DNA from: Candidatus Caccovivens sp.
GTDB taxonomy: Bacteria; Bacillota; Clostridia; Christensenellales; UBA1242
Length of the DNA: 64,000 bases
Assembly: GCA_045650745.1 (NCBI GenBank)
Contig: JAZRRN010000043.1
Coordinates: 5,901-69,900, forward strand
Direction of reading: 5' to 3'
Below the pieces are notes generated by a model, which made no database searches, was not told where the DNA came from, and saw nothing but the letters and a program-made list of their open reading frames with translations. Every line of letters begins with the position of its first letter. Position 1 is the first letter of the stretch. Shown one piece after another: positions 49,341-56,318 of this stretch. The translations under genes were made by a program, and so were the position numbers.

Positions 49341-50264
49341 ATGAAAGTTAAAAATCTGGACTTTTCAGACAATCCTATACTTTTGGCACCAATGGCAGGT
49401 GTGACTGATGTCGGCTTTAGGGCTTTGGCATCTTCTTTTGGTGCAGATGCAACAGTGACAGAAATGTTGTCTGCAAGAGCGATGGCACACAATCCAAAAA
49501 AGACAGCGTTTTTGACACTTACGACCGAAGAAGAAAAAATCAAGATTGCTCAAGTGTTTGGGCATGAAGAAGATTATATGGCAAAGGCAGTTGCTTCGCC
49601 ACTTCTTGAAAAGTTTGATATGTTTGACATAAACATGGGGTGTCCAGCACCCAAGATTGTCAAAAATGGCGAAGGGTCTGCCCTTATGGACAATTTGCCA
49701 CTTGCAAGCAAACTTATTACTGCAGTCAAAAATTCGACAACAAAGCCTGTGTCGGTCAAGTTTAGAAAAGGCAAGAGCGCAGAAAACTTTGTTGAGTTTG
49801 GCAGAATGTGTCAAGACAGTGGGGCTGATTTTGTGACCTTTCATGCAAGAACTGTTGAGCAGGGATACAGTGGCAAGGCAGATTATGAAGCGATTGCTTC
49901 GCTTAAAGCAAAACTTTCAATTCCAGTGCTTGGCAATGGTGATGTTGTTGATCTTGCAAGTTTGCAAAAGATGAAAGAAACTGGTGTTGATGGGGTTATG
50001 GTTGGCCGTGGAAGTATGGGCAGACCATGGCTTTTTGCCCAACTTAAACAAAACGACATGCAAATCGACAGATACAAAACCGTGGAAAAACACATAGAGA
50101 TTTTGAGACAACACTTTGACGAAAATTGGCTCAAACTCTACATAAGAAAGCACTTTTTGTGGTATGCTTGCGACATTCCGTTGTCCGGAGAGTTGCGACT
50201 CAAGCTTGCTACTTGCAACGATATTGACGAATGTTTGGCATTGCTTAAAAATGCGTTGAACTAA
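49341..50264 (+). CDS. dusB: tRNA-dihydrouridine synthase
   Basis: LAPMAGVTD, TEM, DINMGCP, GSALM, HART, GNGDV, MVGRG. Confidence 0.94.
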   Translation: MKVKNLDFSDNPILLAPMAGVTDVGFRALASSFGADATVTEMLSARAMAHNPKKTAFLTLTTEEEKIKIAQVFGHEEDYMAKAVASPLLEKFDMFDINMGCPAPKIVKNGEGSALMDNLPLASKLITAVKNSTTKPVSVKFRKGKSAENFVEFGRMCQDSGADFVTFHARTVEQGYSGKADYEAIASLKAKLSIPVLGNGDVVDLASLQKMKETGVDGVMVGRGSMGRPWLFAQLKQNDMQIDRYKTVEKHIEILRQHFDENWLKLYIRKHFLWYACDIPLSGELRLKLATCNDIDECLALLKNALN

Positions 50265-50339
50265 GTTTGAAAATTTTTGTTTCAATTTGTTTTGATTTAC
50301 AAGGCAAATGTTGTAAACTAATTGAGAAGGATTTTTTAT

Positions 50340-51509
50340 ATGAAAAGAACAGTTAGAGATTTGAAAAATATAAAAGGCAAGAGAATTTTGGTGCGTTGTG
50401 ATTTCAATGTCCCTCTTGACAACTATGGAGATATTTTGGACGACAGTCGTATTGTGGCAACTTTGCCTACACTTACACATTTGTCAAAGCATGGTGCAAA
50501 ACTTATTGTGTGCTCGCACCTTGGCAGACCAAATGGTTATGACAAATATTTGTCGCTCTTTCCAGTGGCTGTTTATTTGATGAAGTGTTTTCCAAACAAA
50601 GTGAAGTTTTGTGGAAAAGTTGTTGGACCAGAAGTGGACAACGCTGTCGCAAAAATGAAAGACGGCGAAATCTTGGTTTTGGAAAACTTGAGATTCCACC
50701 CAGGCGAAGAAGAAAATTCGGCTGATTTTGCGTCAAAGCTTGCAAATTTGGCAGAACTTTATGTTGATGATGCGTTTGGGGTTGCTCACAGAAAGCACGC
50801 TTCAAACTATGGCGTTGCGCTTAAACTTCCAAGTGCAATTGGTTTTTGTATTGAAAAAGAACTTCAAGTTTTTGATCAGGCATTTGGCGAACCTAGAAGA
50901 CCTTTCTTGGCTATTTTTGGTGGAGCAAAAGTTTCTGACAAACTCAAACTTATCAACAATGTGCTCGACAAAGCAAACTCTATCATCATTGGTGGGGGCA
51001 TGGCATACACATTTTTGCAAGCAAAGGGATACAATATAGGAGACTCTATTGTTGATCTTGATCTTGTTGATGATGCGAGAGATTTGATGAAGGTCGCAGA
51101 AGAAAAAGGTGTAAAAATCTTGCTTCCAATCGACCATGTGGCATTGATTAGCGAAAAAGACAAAGCGATAAAAACAGAAATCCTTGAAAGGGGCATGGTT
51201 GGCCTTGACATTGGACCAAAGACAATCAAGATGTTTGCCAACGAAATTGCAAACGCAAAACAAATCCTTTGGAATGGACCTGTCGGCAAAGTTGAAGACG
51301 ACAGATTCAAAAAAGGCACAACAAAAATTGCAAAAGCTGTTGCAAAGAGCGAAGCTTATTCAGTTGTTGGTGGTGGCGACAGTTTGAGTGCCATCAACCA
51401 AGTTGGTGTTTCAGACAAAATCAATCACCTTTCAACAGGTGGTGGAGCAAGCTTGAAACTTATGGAAGGCAAAGTTTTGGCAGCGATTGATGTTATTGAC
51501 AGCATCTAA
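50340..51509 (+). CDS. pgk: Phosphoglycerate kinase
   Basis: RCDFNVP, SHLGRP, LENLRF, DAFGVAHR, GGAKVSDK, WNGP, GGGDS, STGGGA. Start refined to ATG 50340. Confidence 0.97.
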   Translation: MKRTVRDLKNIKGKRILVRCDFNVPLDNYGDILDDSRIVATLPTLTHLSKHGAKLIVCSHLGRPNGYDKYLSLFPVAVYLMKCFPNKVKFCGKVVGPEVDNAVAKMKDGEILVLENLRFHPGEEENSADFASKLANLAELYVDDAFGVAHRKHASNYGVALKLPSAIGFCIEKELQVFDQAFGEPRRPFLAIFGGAKVSDKLKLINNVLDKANSIIIGGGMAYTFLQAKGYNIGDSIVDLDLVDDARDLMKVAEEKGVKILLPIDHVALISEKDKAIKTEILERGMVGLDIGPKTIKMFANEIANAKQILWNGPVGKVEDDRFKKGTTKIAKAVAKSEAYSVVGGGDSLSAINQVGVSDKINHLSTGGGASLKLMEGKVLAAIDVIDSI

Positions 51510-51533
51510 TTTGAAAACAAAAAGGGAGAATTT

Positions 51534-52292
51534 ATGAAAAAGCTTATCATTGGAAATTTCAAAATGAACACCAAACCAAGCGAATTTAAAAACTATGCGA
51601 TGACACTTGCAACAAAAACAAAGTCAACAAAAAATGATGTTGTTGTGTGCGTGCCATTTACACACTTGCATTTGGCGAGCGAACTTTTGGAACACAGCAA
51701 AGTTGAATATGGTGCTCAAAACATTTCTGATGAAGAAAAAGGTGCTTTCACTGGCGAAGTAAGTGCAAGCATGATAAAAGATTCTGGTGCAACTTATGTT
51801 ATCATCGGTCACTCAGAAAGAAGAGGAAAGTTTAAAGAAACTGACCGTCTTATCAACAAAAAAATCAAAACAGCCCTTGCAAACGGACTTAAAGTCATTC
51901 TTTGTGTTGGCGAAAACTTGCAAACACGCACAGCGAAACAATCTGCAGCTTTCGTGAAAAAACAACTTGATGAAGATTTGAAGGGTATTTACGAAAACGA
52001 ACTTGACAGTGTTGTCATTGCATACGAACCACTTTGGGCAATTTCTTCTGGCGCAGGAAGCAAAGTTGCGACAAACAAAGACATTGTCAAAATGGTTGAA
52101 ACAATAAGAAACGAGATTGAATATTTGTATTCAGCAAAGGCAAAAGAAAATGTTACAATTCTTTATGGTGGAAGCGTAAACTTGACAAACTATAAAAAGA
52201 TTTTGGCAAACGATTGCGTAAATGGCGTGCTTGTTGGCGCTGCTTGCCTTGATGTTGAAAACTTTTCAATTATCTGCAAAGAAACTTACTAA
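51534..52292 (+). CDS. tpiA: Triosephosphate isomerase with divergent phosphate-binding loops
   Basis: GNFKMN, GAFTGEVS, IGHSERR, AYEPLWAI, LYGGSV, directly after pgk. Confidence 0.92.
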   Translation: MKKLIIGNFKMNTKPSEFKNYAMTLATKTKSTKNDVVVCVPFTHLHLASELLEHSKVEYGAQNISDEEKGAFTGEVSASMIKDSGATYVIIGHSERRGKFKETDRLINKKIKTALANGLKVILCVGENLQTRTAKQSAAFVKKQLDEDLKGIYENELDSVVIAYEPLWAISSGAGSKVATNKDIVKMVETIRNEIEYLYSAKAKENVTILYGGSVNLTNYKKILANDCVNGVLVGAACLDVENFSIICKETY

Positions 52293-52304
52293 AACGGAGA
52301 AAAG

Positions 52305-53408
52305 ATGAATCATATTGCTCTTTACAGAAAATATAGACCAAAAACTTTTGATGAAGTGATTGGGCAGGACCACATTGCAAAAACCTTGCAAAACCAGATT
52401 GTAAACAATCAAATCGGTCATGCCTATCTTTTTACTGGCTCTCGTGGCACAGGAAAGACAAGCATTGCAAAGATTTTGGCAAAAGCTGTAAACTGCCTTA
52501 CACCTGATCACGGCTCGGCTTGTGGGCAATGTGAAAACTGCAAGAGATTGGAGCAAGAAAACGACATCAACATCATCGAAATTGACGCTGCATCAAACAA
52601 CAAAGTTGATGATATCCGTCAAATTAGAGAAAAAGTAAAATTTATGCCTGTTGGCGCAAAATACAAAGTTTATATCGTGGACGAAGTCCATATGTTGTCA
52701 GACAGTGCTTTCAACGCACTTCTCAAAACATTGGAAGAGCCACCTTCATATGTAATTTTTATTTTGGCTACAACAGAAGTTCACAAATTGCCACAAACAA
52801 TTTTGTCTAGATGTGTAAGATTTGATTTCAGACTTGTGTCTGTTGACGAACTTGCAAAACATTTGGCAAAGGTGTTTGACAAAGAAGGCATCAAATATGA
52901 TGAAGAAAGTTTGAAGATCATTGCAAGTGCAGGCGAAGGCAGTGTGAGAGACACTCTTTCAATCGCAGATTCGATCGCATCATATTGCCAAGGCGAAATC
53001 ACAAAAGAAAAAGCATTGAGTGTGCTTGGTTCTACCGATCACGAATTGATCATAAACTTCTTTGACAGAGTTAAGGACAAAGATGTTGGTCAAGTGCTTG
53101 GACTGATTGATCAAATTGAAAAAGATGGCAAAAATTTGGCAGTGTTTTCAAAAGATTTGTCAAAGCATGCAAGAAATTTGCTTGTGTGCAAATCATGTGC
53201 AAATGCAAATGAAATTTTGAATTTGACTGAAGATATTTTTGCAATGTATAAAGAGCAAGCAGACAAGTTTGAAGAAAAAGAACTTATCAGATATATGCAA
53301 GTGTTTTCAAGTGCCGAAAGCGAATTGAGATACACTTTGTCAGTGAGACTTTTGCTTGAAACAACTTGCCTTACTGCAATGCTTGGATTTGATGTAAAAA
53401 AAAACTGA
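52305..53408 (+). CDS. dnaX: DNA polymerase III subunit gamma/tau, 0-frame part (domains I-III, gamma-sized)
   Basis: ALYRKYRP, GSRGTGKT, CGQCENC, EIDAASN, DEVHML, ALLKTLEEP, TILSRC. Stops immediately after an A9 run. Confidence 0.97.
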   Translation: MNHIALYRKYRPKTFDEVIGQDHIAKTLQNQIVNNQIGHAYLFTGSRGTGKTSIAKILAKAVNCLTPDHGSACGQCENCKRLEQENDINIIEIDAASNNKVDDIRQIREKVKFMPVGAKYKVYIVDEVHMLSDSAFNALLKTLEEPPSYVIFILATTEVHKLPQTILSRCVRFDFRLVSVDELAKHLAKVFDKEGIKYDEESLKIIASAGEGSVRDTLSIADSIASYCQGEITKEKALSVLGSTDHELIINFFDRVKDKDVGQVLGLIDQIEKDGKNLAVFSKDLSKHARNLLVCKSCANANEILNLTEDIFAMYKEQADKFEEKELIRYMQVFSSAESELRYTLSVRLLLETTCLTAMLGFDVKKN

Positions 53409-53743
53409 AAATTGAGAAAGATGCATCAAAACTTTCTGCAAACAATGTTTGGGGAAAGATTGTGCTTTATTTAAAAGAACACAAAAAGGTTGCGCTTCAT
53501 GTTGCTTGTGGTGACATCACAAATGCAAAGATTGATGGCGAGCAACTTGTTGTCCGTTCGAGCGATAGCTTTTTGGTTGATGTGCTCGAATCAGGCAGAA
53601 AAGAAATTGAAAGCGCTATTCGTTGGCAAGGTTTGGACTTGAAATTTGAAGTTGTCAAATATGAAAGTGCTGAGCAAAAAATAAACAAAGATATTAAAAA
53701 AATTGAAAACTTCTTTGGCAACAAAGTGGTTTTTGAAGATTAA
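53396..53743 (+). CDS. dnaX: Probable tau C-terminal domain of DnaX, encoded in the -1 frame
   Basis: The -1 frame is open from the A9 run: KKKLKIEKDASKLSANNVWGKIVLYLKEHKKVALHVACGD...FFGNKVVFED. This resembles the Bacillota tau C-terminus. No strong Shine-Dalgarno before the GTG at 53462. Confidence 0.75.
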   Translation, partial: KKKLKIEKDASKLSANNVWGKIVLYLKEHKKVALHVACGDITNAKIDGEQLVVRSSDSFLVDVLESGRKEIESAIRWQGLDLKFEVVKYESAEQKINKDIKKIENFFGNKVVFED

Positions 53744-53755
53744 GGAGAGATTTAT

Positions 53756-54073
53756 ATGGCATACGGATTTGGTGGTGGCTTCGGTGGAGCAAATATGCAA
53801 CAACTTATGCGCCAAGCACAAAAAATGCAAGAAGACATGAAAAGAACTAGAGAAGAAATCGACAACACAGAATATTCATCTTCTGTAGGTGGTGGAATGG
53901 TTGAAGTTACACTTTACGGAAACAGAACAGTAAAGTCTGTAAGAATCAAACCAGAAGTTGTTGATCCAGACGATGTAGAAATGTTGGAAGATTTGGTTGC
54001 ATCTGCACTTGGCGATGCTCTCAACAAGATTGCAGAAGACGAAAAGAACAAATTGCCAAACTTGGGTATGTAA
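53756..54073 (+). CDS. ybaB: YbaB/EbfC nucleoid-associated protein
   Basis: NMQQLMRQAQKMQ, GGGMVEV, VDPDDVEMLEDLV, between dnaX and recR. Confidence 0.96.
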   Translation: MAYGFGGGFGGANMQQLMRQAQKMQEDMKRTREEIDNTEYSSSVGGGMVEVTLYGNRTVKSVRIKPEVVDPDDVEMLEDLVASALGDALNKIAEDEKNKLPNLGM

Positions 54074-54075
54074 TT

Positions 54076-54669
54076 ATGGCTGATTTTGAAGAACCAATTG
54101 AAAGATTGATCGAATATTTCAGATCGTTGCCAGGAGTGGGCAAAAAAACTGCACAAAGATATGCTTTCTACATTATCGAAAACAACAAAGAAAAGGCCGA
54201 AAACTTTGCAAAAGCAATCGTTGATGCAAAAGAAAAGGTCAAACTCTGCAAAGAGTGTGGAAATTACAGTGCAAACGAAGTTTGTCCAATCTGTCAAAGA
54301 AGAAACAAGCAAATGATTTGTGTTGTGCAAGAGCCAAAAGACATTATTTCTTTGGAAAAAGTTAAGACTTTTGATGGTGTCTACCATGTGCTTTTTGGCT
54401 GTATCAATCCACTCGAAAACAAAGGCCCAAACGACATTCGCATCAAAGAGTTGCTTGCAAGAGTTTCGACAAATGATGTCAAAGAAGTTATTATGGCGAC
54501 AAACCCAGATGTTGAAGGCGAAGCGACAGCAATGTATGTTGCAAAACTTCTTAGACCAATGGGAGTTAAAGTCACAAGACTTGCTCAAGGCATTGCAATG
54601 GGCAGCGATATCGAATTTGCAGACGAAATCACACTCAGCAAAGCAATCGCAGACAGAAAAGAAATATAA
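54076..54669 (+). CDS. recR: Recombination mediator RecR
   Basis: LPGVGKKTAQR, C4 zinc finger, CVVQ, YHVL, ATNPDVEGEATA. Confidence 0.97.
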   Translation: MADFEEPIERLIEYFRSLPGVGKKTAQRYAFYIIENNKEKAENFAKAIVDAKEKVKLCKECGNYSANEVCPICQRRNKQMICVVQEPKDIISLEKVKTFDGVYHVLFGCINPLENKGPNDIRIKELLARVSTNDVKEVIMATNPDVEGEATAMYVAKLLRPMGVKVTRLAQGIAMGSDIEFADEITLSKAIADRKEI

Positions 54670-54687
54670 CACCCATCGGGTGTTTTT
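54668..54687 (+). terminator. Intrinsic terminator after recR
   Basis: AACACCC-ATC-GGGTGTTTTT. Confidence 0.8.
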
Positions 54688-54720
54688 ATTTTTGTCCACT
54701 TATCCACAAAAAACCGAGAT

Positions 54721-54747
54721 AAAAAAAGATGCGAGAGAGCATCTTTT
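54721..54747. repeat. 27-bp palindromic direct repeat, copy 1 (terminator-like)
   Basis: AAAAAAAGATGCGAGAGAGCATCTTTT, identical to 55613-55639. Confidence 0.9.
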
Positions 54748-55318
54748 ATTTTATTAATGAAAGTAAGTAAGAACAATCTGAAGAGTTTTCTTTTGTTTGA
54801 AAAATTTCAAAATCGTTTTCTTCAAATTCAATCTTGAACTTGTAATATCTTGTTTGGATTATTTCTTGATAATTTAGAAATCCATGAAGTTTGTCGGTTA
54901 CCTCTGTAAATTTGTCTATAAGCGAAACTGAAATAATATCTGATGCATGGAGAAGAAGAATGTGCTTTAGTGTTGCTTTCCCTTTTCTGCGAAGTTTGGC
55001 TGCTTGTTTGATACGGTATCCAAGTTCATATATAATCCATTCTTCATCTGAGTGCAGAGCAAGAAATTTGTATCTTGAGAGAAAAATGGATAGAGCTATT
55101 GCCCCACCAACAAACATAGATATCCACATTACTCCGTTTCCGTTTTTTACACAAAATGAATAGATTGATAAAACAAGAAAAGTAAGTTCAATACAACTTA
55201 AAAGTGTTGTCGCAAAGATTGCTCCCGATTTTGTTTTCTTTGCAAAGTCTCTTTTTTCTTCATCTGACATTTTGTTATATTTTTGTCTTAAAAGATGTTC
55301 TGCATAATTATTGTTCAC
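54746..55318 (-). CDS. Hypothetical two-TM membrane protein
   Basis: Two hydrophobic segments. Start refined to GTG 55318 after AAGGAG, because ATG 55339 lies only 2 nt from the -10 box. Rich in ATA/TTA codons. Confidence 0.7.
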   Translation of the reverse strand: MNNNYAEHLLRQKYNKMSDEEKRDFAKKTKSGAIFATTLLSCIELTFLVLSIYSFCVKNGNGVMWISMFVGGAIALSIFLSRYKFLALHSDEEWIIYELGYRIKQAAKLRRKGKATLKHILLLHASDIISVSLIDKFTEVTDKLHGFLNYQEIIQTRYYKFKIEFEENDFEIFQTKENSSDCSYLLSLIK

Positions 55319-55341
55319 TTGTAAATACTCCTTATACATAT

Positions 55342-55370
55342 AATATACATCATAAAGTGATGTATGTCAA
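55342..55370 (-). promoter_or_regulatory. Sigma-A promoter with a palindromic operator filling the spacer
   Basis: On the - strand TTGACA-N17-TATATT. The palindrome ATACATCA-N5-TGATGTAT is at 55345-55365. Confidence 0.85.
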
Positions 55371-55376
55371 TTATTT

Positions 55377-55395
55377 TACATCAGTTTGTGATATA
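55377..55395. promoter_or_regulatory. Second copy of the operator, over the XRE gene promoter
   Basis: TACATCA-N5-TGATATA (one mismatch from operator 1), abutting TATAAT at 55394-55399. Confidence 0.75.
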
Positions 55396-55397
55396 TA

Positions 55398-55613
55398 ATG
55401 GATATGGAATTGGCAAAAAAGGTCGGAAACAACTTAAAAGAAGCAAGAAAGTATAAAGGTTTGACACAAAAACAGGTGGCAGATGTATTGCATATGACAC
55501 AACAACAATATAGCCGATTTGAAAATGGGGTGTTCGAATTAAACTATGGACAAATTTTAGATTTGTGCAAATTGTTAGATACAACTCCTAACGAACTGTT
55601 TGAAATAAAATAA
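55398..55613 (+). CDS. XRE/Cro-C1 family HTH transcriptional regulator
   Basis: LKEARK..GLTQKQVADVL.MTQQQYSRFENG...L...L..LC..LD. The true start may be ATG 55404. Confidence 0.92.
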   Translation: MDMELAKKVGNNLKEARKYKGLTQKQVADVLHMTQQQYSRFENGVFELNYGQILDLCKLLDTTPNELFEIK

Positions 55614-55639
55614 AAAAAAGATGCGAGAGAGCATCTTTT
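55613..55639. repeat. 27-bp palindromic direct repeat, copy 2 (terminator-like)
   Basis: Identical to 54721-54747, between the convergent XRE and wHTH genes. Confidence 0.9.
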
Positions 55640-55652
55640 TTTGTTGGTGTTG

Positions 55653-56162
55653 TTAATCTTTTAAGAGAGATTGCACTCCACAGAAGATAAGCAAAATGCA
55701 GTCAACATATCTTGCAACGACATGAAACTTTTCGCCATCTTTTCTTACCACTCCGATTTTCTCCAAAAAGCCAAGGTGATGATAGAGTTTGCCTGTGGTG
55801 GCAAAGTTGAGTTTTTCCATAAGCTGTTTGGCTGTCAAACTTTGTTGAATAAGAAGTTTGACCAAATCAATCCTTTCTTCGCTTGAAAAAGCATCAATGA
55901 TTTTTGCCATTTCAAAAGAGTTCATTTCAAAAAGTGGGGCAATTGGTCTTGGGCTTCTGCCAAAAGTTGATCCAATTGTGCCATCTTGAGAAGCATATTT
56001 GCCTACATAAGAGATTTGCCCAACTGCAATGTCATCAGGGGTAAACACTGACTTTGTTGGTTTTGTTTGGGTTGGTTTGTCTTCAAGGGCGGTCAATCTC
56101 TTGTCGTAAGATTTGACAAGTTGATAGATTTCTTCAATTTGTTGTTTGAGTTGGTTTTCCAT
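55653..56162 (-). CDS. ArsR-like winged-helix transcriptional regulator
   Basis: AFSSEERIDLVKLL...TAKQL...TTGKLYHHL..LEK.GVV. Start refined to ATG 56162 after GGAGGTG. Confidence 0.82.
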   Translation of the reverse strand: MENQLKQQIEEIYQLVKSYDKRLTALEDKPTQTKPTKSVFTPDDIAVGQISYVGKYASQDGTIGSTFGRSPRPIAPLFEMNSFEMAKIIDAFSSEERIDLVKLLIQQSLTAKQLMEKLNFATTGKLYHHLGFLEKIGVVRKDGEKFHVVARYVDCILLIFCGVQSLLKD

Positions 56163-56181
56163 AAAACACCTCCGTTGTTTA

Positions 56182-56199
56182 ATTATGTAATTACATAAT
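56182..56199. promoter_or_regulatory. Perfect 18-bp palindrome, probable autoregulatory operator
   Basis: ATTATGTAATTACATAAT overlaps the -10/start region of the - strand promoter TTGACA-N18-TATTAT. Confidence 0.7.
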
Positions 56200-56267
56200 A
56201 TCATAATGCAATAACAAATGTCAATAGGCGTTGTGAAAAAATTGAAAAAACAAAACAAAAAGAAAAC

Positions 56268-56296
56268 TTGCCAATCTTGTTTATTTTTGCTATACT
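56268..56296 (+). promoter_or_regulatory. Sigma-A promoter of argS
   Basis: TTGCCA-N17-TATACT with TG extension. Confidence 0.7.
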
Positions 56297-56318
56297 TTGG
56301 TATATTACGGAGAAAAGT

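Noticed and set aside
53462-53743. Independent 93-aa gene as given in the ORF track
   Set aside because: The frame is open back to the dnaX A9 run and the conserved-looking WGKIV segment lies upstream of the GTG, so it is better explained as the tau C-terminus.
54692-54708. Perfect DnaA box TTATCCACA (54700-54708) with an adjacent degenerate box after recR
   Set aside because: Only one perfect box, with no cluster or dnaA/dnaN context. Another copy falls inside ricT (40061-40069), so chance occurrence is plausible. Not called as oriC.
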